The position numbers and the translations under genes were made by a program. From Candidatus Aenigmatarchaeota archaeon (lineage in GTDB: Archaea > Aenigmatarchaeota > Aenigmatarchaeia > QMZP01), in contig JACQII010000016.1 in the NCBI GenBank assembly GCA_016198585.1, positions 88,932-152,931 of the forward strand: DNA of 64,000 bases, given 5' to 3'. The notes beneath the pieces are model-generated. The model saw only the letters and a program-made list of their open reading frames with translations. It did no database searches and had not been told where the DNA came from. This document shows positions 9,420-18,698 of this stretch, piece by piece (position 1 is the stretch's first letter; the number at the start of each line of letters is the position of its first letter).

Positions 9420-9433
9420 AGGGAACCGATAAG

Positions 9434-9470
9434 TATTTAAATACTCTTATGTCACTATTAGGTAGTGACA
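9434..9470 (+). promoter_or_regulatory. TATA box plus operator TGTCAC-N9-GTGACA
   Basis: tatttaaatactct (identical to the rps10 promoter at 48970-48983), tgtcac-tattaggta-gtgaca (9450-9470), ATG 4 nt later. Confidence 0.65.
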
Positions 9471-9474
9471 TACT

Positions 9475-9567
9475 ATGTCTGAAGACCTTTGGGAAAAGCT
9501 CTTGAAGAAGAACCGGGAAGACCTGTATCGGATGGAGATCGCGGACGAGGAGGTCCCGAATGATTGA
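9475..9567 (+). CDS. 30-aa peptide MSEDLWEKLLKKNREDLYRMEIADEEVPND
   Basis: Below the ORF-track cut-off; same promoter geometry as the 9123 gene; stop overlaps the next start (ATGATTGA). Confidence 0.55.
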   Translation: MSEDLWEKLLKKNREDLYRMEIADEEVPND

Positions 9568-11014
9568 TACGCTGACCGCAGCCTGGGAACAGAGGCTCTT
9601 CGAAGCAGACGGCCTCGGCCGCTACGGCATCACCCCCGAGGAGGTGGTCGCCGCGGCCGCAGAGAAGCTCGGCGCGCTGGCTAGTGGCCGGCAGCCCTAC
9701 GTCGTTGACGAGGACCTGCGCGAGCGGGAAGGCCGGGACGGCAAGTACCAGAGCCGGGTCACCTACCTCAGCGGATCGGCCCACCGGAATTCCGCCCTGC
9801 GGAACGATACGGTCACGCACGAGGCGATGCACGGCCTCTTCGAGGACCGCAACCCCGGCCAGGAAGACCATCCCGAGGCCTACATCCACCAGATGACCGG
9901 CATCGGGCTGCGCGGGAACCTCAGCCACCCAGACCCCGAGGTCCGGCGCGAGGCCGCGCGCGGCTACCGTTCCTACCGGCAGCGGTTCAGCGATCCCCGC
10001 TACCGAGAATCCCAGGGCGTCTCCGATATTGAGCACTCAGGCGGCTGGACCGACTCCTTGAACTACAGCAGAAGCTACGGGCTTGATGCCCACGACGCCA
10101 AGGACGAGAAGGGCCAAGGAAAGGGGAGGAAGGATCACGATACCGGTCACGGCGCTGCGCACGATGCCCACGGGAAGGCGGGGAACCAGGCCGCGGCTGC
10201 CGCGGCGACAGGCAGATACGAGCCGAAGAGTCTCCAAGACATCCTCATCGCGGGTGGCCGCGAGTTTGTGGGCGCGATAGCCCTCGGCGTACAGGACGGT
10301 GCCATTCGCGCGCTGCGGGAAAGCGGGAAGCCGGGCCAGTACCTGGCCGCGCTGATCGGGAACTACACCTACGCCGGCGCCCTCGACCACACCAAGCCCG
10401 ACACCATCGTCGCCGTCAAGAAGCGGGACATTCCGGGGTACTCTGTCTCGCTCGTCAAGACGCACGGCACGTACACCCTGACGGCAGATGACGTGACGGT
10501 GACCAACGGGACCATCACCCTCCCTGAAGGGCAGGGGTTCGAGCTCATTGGAGGGGACTGGGAGAAGGTCTACGACTACAACCTCTTCGAGAAGCTCGGT
10601 TCCGCCCAGACGTTCCCGGGCTTCCGCGAGATGCCGGAGCGGGAGATCCGGCGCCTGCTGGTCGAGGACACGGTGCGCTACCTCGTCAACCGGCCCTCTG
10701 ATTCGCAGCGGGTGGACGAACAAGGCCGGGTGATCCGGGTCGTGCGGCCGAAGAACTTCGACCTCGGGCTCGGCACCTACATCACCGCCCAGGGGCTCAT
10801 CGCCGAGCCGATCCTCGGCGGGTACAATCGTGCGGTCAAGATAGCGGAGAACGTGGTGACTGACGTGCTCCCCATGGTCGGGATTGCGCCGAAGCCGGTA
10901 GTCGGGAGGATGGAAGCGACCCGCGAGGCCTTCGTCAGGGAACTGACCGACCGGACGATTCGGACCGGCGCCGCGCTCTTCGACCTCGATTATCCCCTCA
11001 GGCTCGCGGCGTAG
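9560..11014 (+). CDS. Hypothetical protein with an N-terminal HEXXH zinc-metallopeptidase-like motif
   Basis: TVTHEAMHGL followed by a downstream Glu (HPEAY); His/Gly/Lys-rich linker; ends RLAA. Confidence 0.75.
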   Translation: MIDTLTAAWEQRLFEADGLGRYGITPEEVVAAAAEKLGALASGRQPYVVDEDLREREGRDGKYQSRVTYLSGSAHRNSALRNDTVTHEAMHGLFEDRNPGQEDHPEAYIHQMTGIGLRGNLSHPDPEVRREAARGYRSYRQRFSDPRYRESQGVSDIEHSGGWTDSLNYSRSYGLDAHDAKDEKGQGKGRKDHDTGHGAAHDAHGKAGNQAAAAAATGRYEPKSLQDILIAGGREFVGAIALGVQDGAIRALRESGKPGQYLAALIGNYTYAGALDHTKPDTIVAVKKRDIPGYSVSLVKTHGTYTLTADDVTVTNGTITLPEGQGFELIGGDWEKVYDYNLFEKLGSAQTFPGFREMPEREIRRLLVEDTVRYLVNRPSDSQRVDEQGRVIRVVRPKNFDLGLGTYITAQGLIAEPILGGYNRAVKIAENVVTDVLPMVGIAPKPVVGRMEATREAFVRELTDRTIRTGAALFDLDYPLRLAA

Positions 11015-11071
11015 GCCCAGGAGCAGGCGCGCCTCGCAGCCCATTTAAGCTTCCCCCACCAAACATAGTGC

Positions 11072-11842
11072 ATGGTCGCGTTCGTGGACACGCTCATCGA
11101 CGTCCTCTGCCAGCAGAACACGGCATCGCAGTGCGGCCAGTTCGTCGCTGCCTATCCGGACGTCCCCCAGCAAGTCCTCTGGCTGGTCTTCTTCCCCTCG
11201 GTCTTCCTGATCCTCCTGATCTACCTGCTCTCGGAGACCGTCATCAAGAACATCGAGGGCGAAGGCAAGGGAAAGATCCAGTTCCTCGTGGCCATCGCCA
11301 TTTACCTGTTCATCGTCGTCCAAGGCTGGTATTACATCACGCTCAGCTTCAGCAAGGTCTGGTTCATCACCATCATCATCCTCACCGGCTTCTGGGTCCT
11401 GGTCCGCCGCATCGGCTGGACCAGCGGCTGGGGCAGCGGAAAGGGTGGCGGAGGAGGGGGAGGCGGCGGTGGCGGAGGAGGCGGGGGTAGCCACGGGTAC
11501 GCGGCCAGCCCGGGCGGCTACGTGGAAAAGCGGCTGCGAGCCAAGGCTTCAGGAACCGAGCGGTCCCTGGAGGACAAGATCCACAACCGCATCCGGACCA
11601 TGAGCTCCCTGCGGAACCGGATCAAGCACGGCGGTGACGCCCGGGGTATCGCCGCCCTGGTGCAGGAGTTCCGGGCCGAACGGAAACTGGCCGAGGACGA
11701 GATGCACGAACTCCAGGACTTGATGAACTTCGGACCGCTCAAGATCTCGTCGAAGAAGATCGACACCTGGTGGCGCGAGATCGAGCAGCTGACGCGCGAC
11801 ATTGAGACGGCTGACATCGAGCGCGAGCGCCGGGCGGCGTAG
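11072..11842 (+). CDS. Membrane protein (3 TM, poly-Gly linker, C-terminal coiled coil)
   Basis: Hydrophobic segments, a long poly-Gly run, charged helical tail ending ERRAA. Confidence 0.75.
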   Translation: MVAFVDTLIDVLCQQNTASQCGQFVAAYPDVPQQVLWLVFFPSVFLILLIYLLSETVIKNIEGEGKGKIQFLVAIAIYLFIVVQGWYYITLSFSKVWFITIIILTGFWVLVRRIGWTSGWGSGKGGGGGGGGGGGGGGGSHGYAASPGGYVEKRLRAKASGTERSLEDKIHNRIRTMSSLRNRIKHGGDARGIAALVQEFRAERKLAEDEMHELQDLMNFGPLKISSKKIDTWWREIEQLTRDIETADIERERRAA

Positions 11843-11844
11843 CC

Positions 11845-13989
11845 TTAGAGCGTTGCCTGTCTGTCGTGCTCGCGGTCGGCCAGGACCTGGTCTTTCACCG
11901 ACGCAGCCGCAGCCGGCCCGATGGCCCGGGCGACCGTGTCGAGCGGGGCCTGCCGCAGCGCGTGCAGGCTCCCCAGGCCAGCGGCGAACAGCCGGCGGGC
12001 ACGCACGCGGCCGACGCCCTTGAGCTTCACCAACGGCAGCAGCTCCTCCCTGATGCCGTACCGCAGGCGGAGCCGCGTCTTCCGGATCTGCCTGATCGCG
12101 TCGCGGTCGTCGCCCAGGAGGGCGAGTTCCTGGACGGCGTAGAGCAGCCAGTCCGCGATCTCCAGCCGGGCGCGCAGCTCCCCGGGCGTGACCCCGTACT
12201 GCTCGAGGAGCAGGTCTTCCCCCTTCTCCTCCATCCACTGCCCGAGCAGCAGCACGAGCTTCAGCCCGCGGAAGAAATCCTCGTACTCCAGGTCCCATTC
12301 TGCCGGCGGAGGCGTCACTAGTCCCTTTTCCTCGCCCGCGAGCAGGTCCTCGATGTCCTGGACGTCGCCCTTCCGGACTGTGAGCGGCGGCTTCATCTCC
12401 AGGCTGGAGGCGACGAGGTGCAGGACCGAGAACGGCGACTGCAGCTTCCCGAGCGAGCGGATCATGAGGTCGGCCGTCAGCGGGTCGACGTACAGTTCCG
12501 CGACGCGCTTCCCCAGTGGCGTCGCCTGCAGCAGCGCGTCCTGGTCCTCCCAGAAGTAGGCCTGGCGGAACTCGTCGTGCCGGCCGTGGTCGGTCATGGT
12601 GATGAACGCGCACCGTTCCAGGAGCCGCAGGGTCTTCTCCAGGTGGCCGCGCAGCTGGCCCAGGTCCTTGTACTGGTAAGCGTAGAACGTCCGGGAGAAG
12701 AACTCCTCGAGCCGGCGCGTGGTAGGCGCGAGGCCGCCCGCGATCAGCGCCAGGACGTGAGTCCGCAGGACCGGCTCGACCCCGAGCTTGGAGGTGATCC
12801 GCTCGGTCTCCCCGTTGATGTAGGTCTCCCAGCAGTGGTCAGCTTCCGCCTCAGTCTTCGGCAGCAGGATGGCCTCGCCCTCCGTGTCGTACGCAGGCCG
12901 TCCTGCGCGGCCGGCCATCTGCTGGATCTCCAGGGCAGGCAGGTAGTCCATCCCGCGGAACGAGGAGAAGCGCTTGAGGTCGCGGATGATCACCCGGTAA
13001 GCGGGCAAGTTCAGTCCCGCCGCCAGGGTCGGGGTCGCGCACACGACCCGGAGCAGGCCTTGCCGGAAGCCTTTCTCGACAGCCGACCGCTGGGGATGGG
13101 TCAGTCCGGCATGGTGGAACGCCGTCCCCTGGAGCACGCAGCGCGCCAGCCGGTCGCACTGGGCGGTCTTGTGCTCGAGCGCGCCCAGGACCTTGTCCGC
13201 GAGCGCGGTGAGCTTCTCGCGGTCGCCGGCCTGCACCCGCGCGCCGAGGGTCTTGCCCAGCTTCTCTGCCGCCGCTTCCGTTCCTTTCCGAGTGGAGATG
13301 AAGACGAGGGACTGCTTGTCGGTCGCGGCGAGTTCCTGCAGCGCGTCGCCGTCGACCGGGTAGCGCCGGTGGGGGGAGAAGAGGACCTCGTTCCCGTAGC
13401 AGACGCCGGTGTAGAGCTTCACCGGCCGGTAGTCGGACTTCACCGCGTCTGCACGCAGCCACCCGGCCAGCTCGTCGTGGTTCCTGATGGTCGCCGAGAG
13501 GCCGATGATGACCGGGTTGGCCTCCTGGAGGCGAGTCAGGACCATCTCCAGGGTCGGCCCGCGGCCCGGGTCGGTGAGGAGGTGGATCTCGTCGGCGATC
13601 ACCAAGCCGACCTGGTGCAACCAGGTGATCCCGTGACGCAGGAGCGAGTCCAGCTTCTCCGACGTCGTCACAATGAGGTCGTACTGGGCCAGCCAGGCGT
13701 CGGAGGCGTCGAGGTCGCCGATCGAGAGGGCGACCTTGAGACGAGGGTATTTCCTCGTGAACTCCTCGTACTTCTCCTGGGCAAGGGCCCGCAGCGGCAC
13801 GATGTAGACGGCCTTCTTCCCGCGCGCGACCGCCTTCAGGGCGGCAATTTCCGCAATCAGGGTCTTTCCCGACGCGGTCGGCGCGGCCACGACCAGGTTG
13901 CGGTCCAGCCCGCGCTCGACCGCCAGCCGCTGGACCGGGTTGAGGGCCGGGAAGCCCGATGCCTGCAGGACCTCGGCAACCTCGTCCAT
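11845..13989 (-). CDS. hel308: Ski2-like DNA helicase Hel308/Hjm
   Basis: APTASGKT, DEIH, LSAT, FHHAGL, QMAGRAGRP, HhH motif LKGVGRVRARRL. Confidence 0.95.
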   Translation of the reverse strand: MDEVAEVLQASGFPALNPVQRLAVERGLDRNLVVAAPTASGKTLIAEIAALKAVARGKKAVYIVPLRALAQEKYEEFTRKYPRLKVALSIGDLDASDAWLAQYDLIVTTSEKLDSLLRHGITWLHQVGLVIADEIHLLTDPGRGPTLEMVLTRLQEANPVIIGLSATIRNHDELAGWLRADAVKSDYRPVKLYTGVCYGNEVLFSPHRRYPVDGDALQELAATDKQSLVFISTRKGTEAAAEKLGKTLGARVQAGDREKLTALADKVLGALEHKTAQCDRLARCVLQGTAFHHAGLTHPQRSAVEKGFRQGLLRVVCATPTLAAGLNLPAYRVIIRDLKRFSSFRGMDYLPALEIQQMAGRAGRPAYDTEGEAILLPKTEAEADHCWETYINGETERITSKLGVEPVLRTHVLALIAGGLAPTTRRLEEFFSRTFYAYQYKDLGQLRGHLEKTLRLLERCAFITMTDHGRHDEFRQAYFWEDQDALLQATPLGKRVAELYVDPLTADLMIRSLGKLQSPFSVLHLVASSLEMKPPLTVRKGDVQDIEDLLAGEEKGLVTPPPAEWDLEYEDFFRGLKLVLLLGQWMEEKGEDLLLEQYGVTPGELRARLEIADWLLYAVQELALLGDDRDAIRQIRKTRLRLRYGIREELLPLVKLKGVGRVRARRLFAAGLGSLHALRQAPLDTVARAIGPAAAASVKDQVLADREHDRQATL

Positions 13990-14036
13990 ACACACAGATT
14001 GGGATAGGAATTAAAAACTAACGGTCAATCCATGGC

Positions 14037-14309
14037 ATGGATGCGCGAGCCCAGATCCTCATCTCGGGCAGGGTACAGGGAGTCTTCTTCCGTTCCTGGC
14101 TGCGCAACCACTCCAAGATCCGGAACCTCACCGGCTACGCCCGCAACACCGAAGACGGCAGCCTCGAGGCCGTCCTGGAAGGCCAGAAGGAGGCGATCCA
14201 GGAGATCATCGACCGCTGCCATGACGGACCCGGGACCGCTTCGGTCACCGAGGTGAAGGTCGAGTGGCTCGAGCCCACCAAGTCCTTCGAGAGCTTCGAG
14301 ATCCGGTGA
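14037..14309 (+). CDS. acyP: Acylphosphatase
   Basis: ISGRVQGVFFR, GYARN, DGSLE, C-terminal FEIR. Confidence 0.95.
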   Translation: MDARAQILISGRVQGVFFRSWLRNHSKIRNLTGYARNTEDGSLEAVLEGQKEAIQEIIDRCHDGPGTASVTEVKVEWLEPTKSFESFEIR

Positions 14310-14311
14310 CC

Positions 14312-15352
14312 ATGGAACAGAAGCCCTTACTGCTGCGGAGCAGGTTCGGCGAACGCTTCGCCAACGACGTCTTCCACTACATCCAAGAGAAGTACGATGG
14401 CCTGTTCGAGCTCGGCGACGTCGAGATCACCGCCTTCCCCAACAAGGAGATCCTGCCCAAGATCGGGCCCAACGTCCGGCGGCGGCGGGTCTACCTGGTC
14501 CACGCCTTCGAGGGTCTCGGTCCCGTCGGCTCGCCGTACGACAACTATGACCCCAATTTCGGCTGGATGGCGCTCTACCTCATCAACGATGCTGCCCTGC
14601 GGGCATCAGCCGAGCGGGTGACCAACGTGCTGCCCCACATCCCTTACCAGCGCCAGGACCGCAAGGAGGAGGGACGGGTCCCCATCGGGGGGAAGGGAGT
14701 CGTCAAGCTCCTGGAGTGCGCAGGCGGCACCAGTTTCGAGCGCATCGTGACCGTCGAGATGCACTCCGGCCAGCAAGCCGGCTTCATCGAGCACCCGTAC
14801 GACAACCTCTACACGAACCGGCTCTTTGCCGGCTACCTGCGCAGCCTGGGCAAGGACTTCGCGGTCGTCTCGCCCGACCCGGGAGGCGGCAACCGTGCTC
14901 GGGCGTTGGCCGCGATGCTGGGAACGCACGCCGTCTACTCGGAGAAGGTCAAGCGAGGTCAGGAAAAAATCGATGTCCAGATCAAGGGATCGCTCGAGGG
15001 GAAGATCCCGGTCATCATCGACGACATGGTAGATTCAGGCAGCACGCTCGCGCTGACGGCGCGCAAGCTCCGCGAAGGCGGTGAGTTCGGCGGCGGCGGG
15101 CCTGGGGCAGAGGAGGTCTACGCCTGTGCGACCCACGCCCTGCTGAGCCCCAAGGACGGCCGGGCCGAGGACCGGCTCCGCAAGCTTATGAAGCTGGTCG
15201 TCACCGACACGATCCCCATGAGCGACGCCTATCGGGCCAGCCAGGAGGGCTGGATGACCGTCCTCCCGGTCGCGCCGCTGGTCGGCGACGCGCTCTACCA
15301 GATCGAGACCGCCGGATCGGTGAGCTCGCTCTTCACCAGCCCGGGCACATGA
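14312..15352 (+). CDS. prs: Ribose-phosphate pyrophosphokinase
   Basis: PYQRQDRK, VSPDPGG, IIDDMVDSGSTL, ATH, VVTDTIP. Confidence 0.92.
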   Translation: MEQKPLLLRSRFGERFANDVFHYIQEKYDGLFELGDVEITAFPNKEILPKIGPNVRRRRVYLVHAFEGLGPVGSPYDNYDPNFGWMALYLINDAALRASAERVTNVLPHIPYQRQDRKEEGRVPIGGKGVVKLLECAGGTSFERIVTVEMHSGQQAGFIEHPYDNLYTNRLFAGYLRSLGKDFAVVSPDPGGGNRARALAAMLGTHAVYSEKVKRGQEKIDVQIKGSLEGKIPVIIDDMVDSGSTLALTARKLREGGEFGGGGPGAEEVYACATHALLSPKDGRAEDRLRKLMKLVVTDTIPMSDAYRASQEGWMTVLPVAPLVGDALYQIETAGSVSSLFTSPGT

Positions 15353-15389
15353 GTTTTTATCCCCGGCAAGCCCAAAGGTGTCATACCCT

Positions 15390-18140
15390 ATGGACCTGCA
15401 CGCCGTCGAGAAGAAGTGGCAGCAGCGCTGGCAGGAAGCCCAGGCGTTCGTGCCGCTGCGGAAGGGGAAGAAGGTCTTCGTCACCGTGCCCTACCCCTAC
15501 ACCTCCGGGCCACTGCATATCGGCCACGCCCGGACCTACACCCTGGCCGACTTGTGGGCGCGCTACCAGCGCCTGCAGGGCAAGGCGACGCTCTTCCCGA
15601 TGGCCTTCCACATCTCCGGGACGCCGATCCTGTCCGTCGCCGACCGCATCCGCGAAGGCAGGAAAGAGACCCTCGACCTCTACCGCGACTACATCGGCAT
15701 CTATGAGCCCGACCAGAAGAAGGCCGAAGCGGTCCTCCGCTCGTTCACCGAACCCAAGGCGGTCGCCGACTTCTTCTCCCAGGTGATCGCGCGCGACTTC
15801 CAGTCCCTGGGCTTCTCGATCGACTGGACCCGGTCGTTCACGACCGGCGACCCGGCCTACAGGAAGTTCATCGCGTGGCAGTTCCTCCGCCTCCGCGACG
15901 CCGGCGTCATCACCCGCGGCTCCCATGCCGTGCAGTTCTGCACGCGGGACCAGAACGCCGTCGGCGAGGATGACATCCGCGACGGCGACCTGCTCGACAC
16001 CGGGATCGAGGCCTTCACCGCGGTCAAGTTCCCCTTCCGCGACGGCTTCCTGGTGGCCGCGACGCTGCGGCCGGAGACCCTCTTCGGCGCGACCAACCTC
16101 TGGATCAGGCCGGACGCGACCTACGTCAAGGCCCGGGTCGACGGCGAGATCTGGTACCTCTCCGCCGCGGGGTTCGCGACCCTCGGAGACCAGCACCACA
16201 CCGTCAAGGAGATTGAGCGCTTTCCAGGGAAGAAGCTCGCCGGCAGCGAGGCGCAGTCGCCCGTGGAGAAGCGGATACTGCCGGTCCTCCCCGCGGACTT
16301 CGTCGACCCCGCGTTCGCGACCGGCGTCGTCTTCTCGGTCCCTGCGCATGCGCCGGAGGACTACGTCGCGCTCCGCAACCTGGGCTTCCCGGTCGAGCCG
16401 ATCCCGGTCATCACCGTCCCCGGCTACGGCCCGGTTCCGGCCAAGGAGGTCTGCGACCAGCTCCACATCTCCAGTGCAGGCGACCGGGACCAGCTGAAGG
16501 AGGCGACCCGCATGCTCTACAAGGCCGAGTTCTACCAGGGCGTCCTCGCCCGGGCCGGGCCGTTCAGCGGGACGCCGGTGAAGGAGATCAAGGGCCAGGT
16601 CGCCGCCTGGCTGAAATCCAGGGGGAAGGCCCTGGACTTCTTCGTGCCCAAGACCCCGGACCTGGTCTGCCGCTGCGGCGCCCGCGTGGTGGTCAAGGTC
16701 CTGCCCGACCAGTGGTTCATCAACTACGGCGACCCGGCCTGGAAGGCCAAGACTCGGGCCTGCCTGAAGCAGATGGCCATCATCCCCGAGGGCAGCCGGG
16801 CATCGTTCGAGGCGGCGATCGAGTGGCTGCACGAGCGCGCCTGCGCGCGCCGCCGCGGCCTCGGAACTGCCCTCCCCTGGGACGAGCAGTGGACGATCGA
16901 GTCGCTGTCCGATTCGACCATCTACCCCGCGTTCTACCTGCTCGCTCACCTGGTTCGGGACCAGGACGCGGAGAAGCTGGTGCCGGCGGTCTTCGACTTC
17001 GCGCTCCTCGGGAAAGGAACAGCAGCGGCCGCGGCGAAAGCTTCCGGCCTTCCCCTGAAACTGCTGCAGTCCCTCCGGAAGGAATTCAGTTTCTGGTACC
17101 CGGTCGACCTGCGCCACACCGCGGTCCCGCACCTGACCAACCACCTGACCTTCTACCTCTTCACCCACGCGTTACTCTTCCCGGAGCAGCACTGGCCGAA
17201 GGCGATCTCCCTGAACGAGCTGCTCGTCCGGGACGGTCATAAGATGAGCAAATCCAAGGGGAACGTGATCCCTCTCGCCGACGTCTCCCGGCAGTACTCA
17301 GCCGACCTCTACCGCCTCTACATCGCCTCCGGCGCGGACATGAGCGCGGTGATCGACTGGACCCAGGAGGGCATCGAGACCGTGCGCAAGCGCCTGCTGG
17401 CGTTCATCGAGTTGGCGGAACGTGCTGGTTCGGGGAAGAGCCCGATGGACGCCTGGCTGCGGTCGCGCTTCCACACCATGCTGCAGGACCTCGGCCAGGA
17501 CATTGAGGGTTTCCGTTTCCGGTCGTACGCGCAACGGGCCTTCTTCGGGATGATGAACGACGTCGCGCACTTCTTCCGCCGCGGCGGGAAGGCAATCCCC
17601 GGCGACCTTCTGAAGGACTGGTTCATCGTGCTCTCGCCGCTGATCCCGCATGTCTGCGAAGAGCTCTGGGAGCGGCAAGACGGGAAAGGCCTGGTCTCCC
17701 TCGCGCGCTGGCCGCGGCCTGACCCGAAGGCCGTCGATCCCGCCCTGGAGGCCGGGGAAGACCTCGTCGGGCGGACGGTCCAGGACATCCGCGAGATCCT
17801 CAAGCTCGTCGATCGCAAGCCCGGGAAGGTCCACCTCTACGTCGCGCCGGACTGGAAGTACGTCATGCACCGCCGGATTGCGGACGGAGCAGACCTCAAG
17901 ACCCTGATGGCCGACCCCGCGATCCGTGCCCAGGGAAAGGCTGCCGCAGTCTTCTTCGAGCGCGCGAAGAAACTGCCTGCGGCTGCCGGCCCTGCCCAGG
18001 AGCTCGCGGCCCTGCACGGGGCGCGCACCTTCCTGGAGCGGGAGTTCGGCTGCCCGATCGAGGTGGTGAGCGCGCTGCAGGCCACCGGGGCCCGGGCGGC
18101 CAAAGCCGAGCCGGGCAAGCCGGGCATTGAAGTGGTCTGA
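15390..18140 (+). CDS. leuS: Leucyl-tRNA synthetase (archaeal type)
   Basis: PYPYTSGPLHIGH, AATLRPET, IESLSDSTIY, KMSKSKGN, C-terminal PGKPGI. Confidence 0.96.
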   Translation: MDLHAVEKKWQQRWQEAQAFVPLRKGKKVFVTVPYPYTSGPLHIGHARTYTLADLWARYQRLQGKATLFPMAFHISGTPILSVADRIREGRKETLDLYRDYIGIYEPDQKKAEAVLRSFTEPKAVADFFSQVIARDFQSLGFSIDWTRSFTTGDPAYRKFIAWQFLRLRDAGVITRGSHAVQFCTRDQNAVGEDDIRDGDLLDTGIEAFTAVKFPFRDGFLVAATLRPETLFGATNLWIRPDATYVKARVDGEIWYLSAAGFATLGDQHHTVKEIERFPGKKLAGSEAQSPVEKRILPVLPADFVDPAFATGVVFSVPAHAPEDYVALRNLGFPVEPIPVITVPGYGPVPAKEVCDQLHISSAGDRDQLKEATRMLYKAEFYQGVLARAGPFSGTPVKEIKGQVAAWLKSRGKALDFFVPKTPDLVCRCGARVVVKVLPDQWFINYGDPAWKAKTRACLKQMAIIPEGSRASFEAAIEWLHERACARRRGLGTALPWDEQWTIESLSDSTIYPAFYLLAHLVRDQDAEKLVPAVFDFALLGKGTAAAAAKASGLPLKLLQSLRKEFSFWYPVDLRHTAVPHLTNHLTFYLFTHALLFPEQHWPKAISLNELLVRDGHKMSKSKGNVIPLADVSRQYSADLYRLYIASGADMSAVIDWTQEGIETVRKRLLAFIELAERAGSGKSPMDAWLRSRFHTMLQDLGQDIEGFRFRSYAQRAFFGMMNDVAHFFRRGGKAIPGDLLKDWFIVLSPLIPHVCEELWERQDGKGLVSLARWPRPDPKAVDPALEAGEDLVGRTVQDIREILKLVDRKPGKVHLYVAPDWKYVMHRRIADGADLKTLMADPAIRAQGKAAAVFFERAKKLPAAAGPAQELAALHGARTFLEREFGCPIEVVSALQATGARAAKAEPGKPGIEVV

Positions 18141-18141
18141 T

Positions 18142-18168
18142 TGTGTGGGGGGAGCCACACACGTTTTT
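18142..18168 (+). terminator. Hairpin plus T-tract after leuS
   Basis: tgtgtgg-ggggag-ccacaca-cgttttt; the T-tract could instead be the TATA box of the next gene. Confidence 0.35.
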
Positions 18169-18192
18169 ATGGCCGCCGGCCAATCCTTGCGC

Positions 18193-18507
18193 ATGATCAT
18201 CGCGATCCTGGGGATCATCGACCTCATCGCCGGCGGCGCCCTGATCCTCGGGCCGGCCCTCGCGCTGGAGGGGAGCAGCTTCCTCTTCTACTTCATGATC
18301 CTCTTCTTCCTGAAGGCCATCTATTCGATCCTGACGGCCGTCGCCGCGGGCTTCTACTTCGACCTGCTCGGCTACCTGGACTTCATCGCCGCGGTCTTCC
18401 TGCTGCTGCTCTTCTGGGGGATCTCACCGGCGTGGGTGTTCTGGATCGGCCTGCTGGTGATCATCAAGGGCATCTACTCGTTCGTGATCGGGTTCATCTC
18501 GACCTGA
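18193..18507 (+). CDS. Small membrane protein (4 TM, internal duplication)
   Basis: LGIIDL..KAIYS and LGYLDF..KGIYS repeat halves. Confidence 0.75.
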   Translation: MIIAILGIIDLIAGGALILGPALALEGSSFLFYFMILFFLKAIYSILTAVAAGFYFDLLGYLDFIAAVFLLLLFWGISPAWVFWIGLLVIIKGIYSFVIGFIST

Positions 18508-18514
18508 ACCGGGC

Positions 18515-18697
18515 CTAGCCGAGCGACTGATCAATCTGGGCGAGAGCATCTTCGAGCTGGCCCACGTCGACCGAGACGTTCTGGAGGGTCTCCTGGGCTT
18601 CGTCGTCGGACTGGATCGCGTCCGGCGACGTGCAGCCGGAGACGGCCACGGTGAGCAGGAGCCCGACCAGCAGGACCAGGATCACGAGCGCGTGCAT
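18515..18697 (-). CDS. Small lipoprotein (60 aa)
   Basis: Lipobox-like VAVSGC after a hydrophobic stretch, acidic helical tail; 1-nt gap to the upstream gene. Confidence 0.7.
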   Translation of the reverse strand: MHALVILVLLVGLLLTVAVSGCTSPDAIQSDDEAQETLQNVSVDVGQLEDALAQIDQSLG

Positions 18698-18698
18698 A

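Noticed and set aside
11430-11490. GGN run as a phase-variable repeat
   Set aside because: Mixed Gly codons encode a poly-Gly linker in frame; it is not a homopolymer or pure microsatellite.
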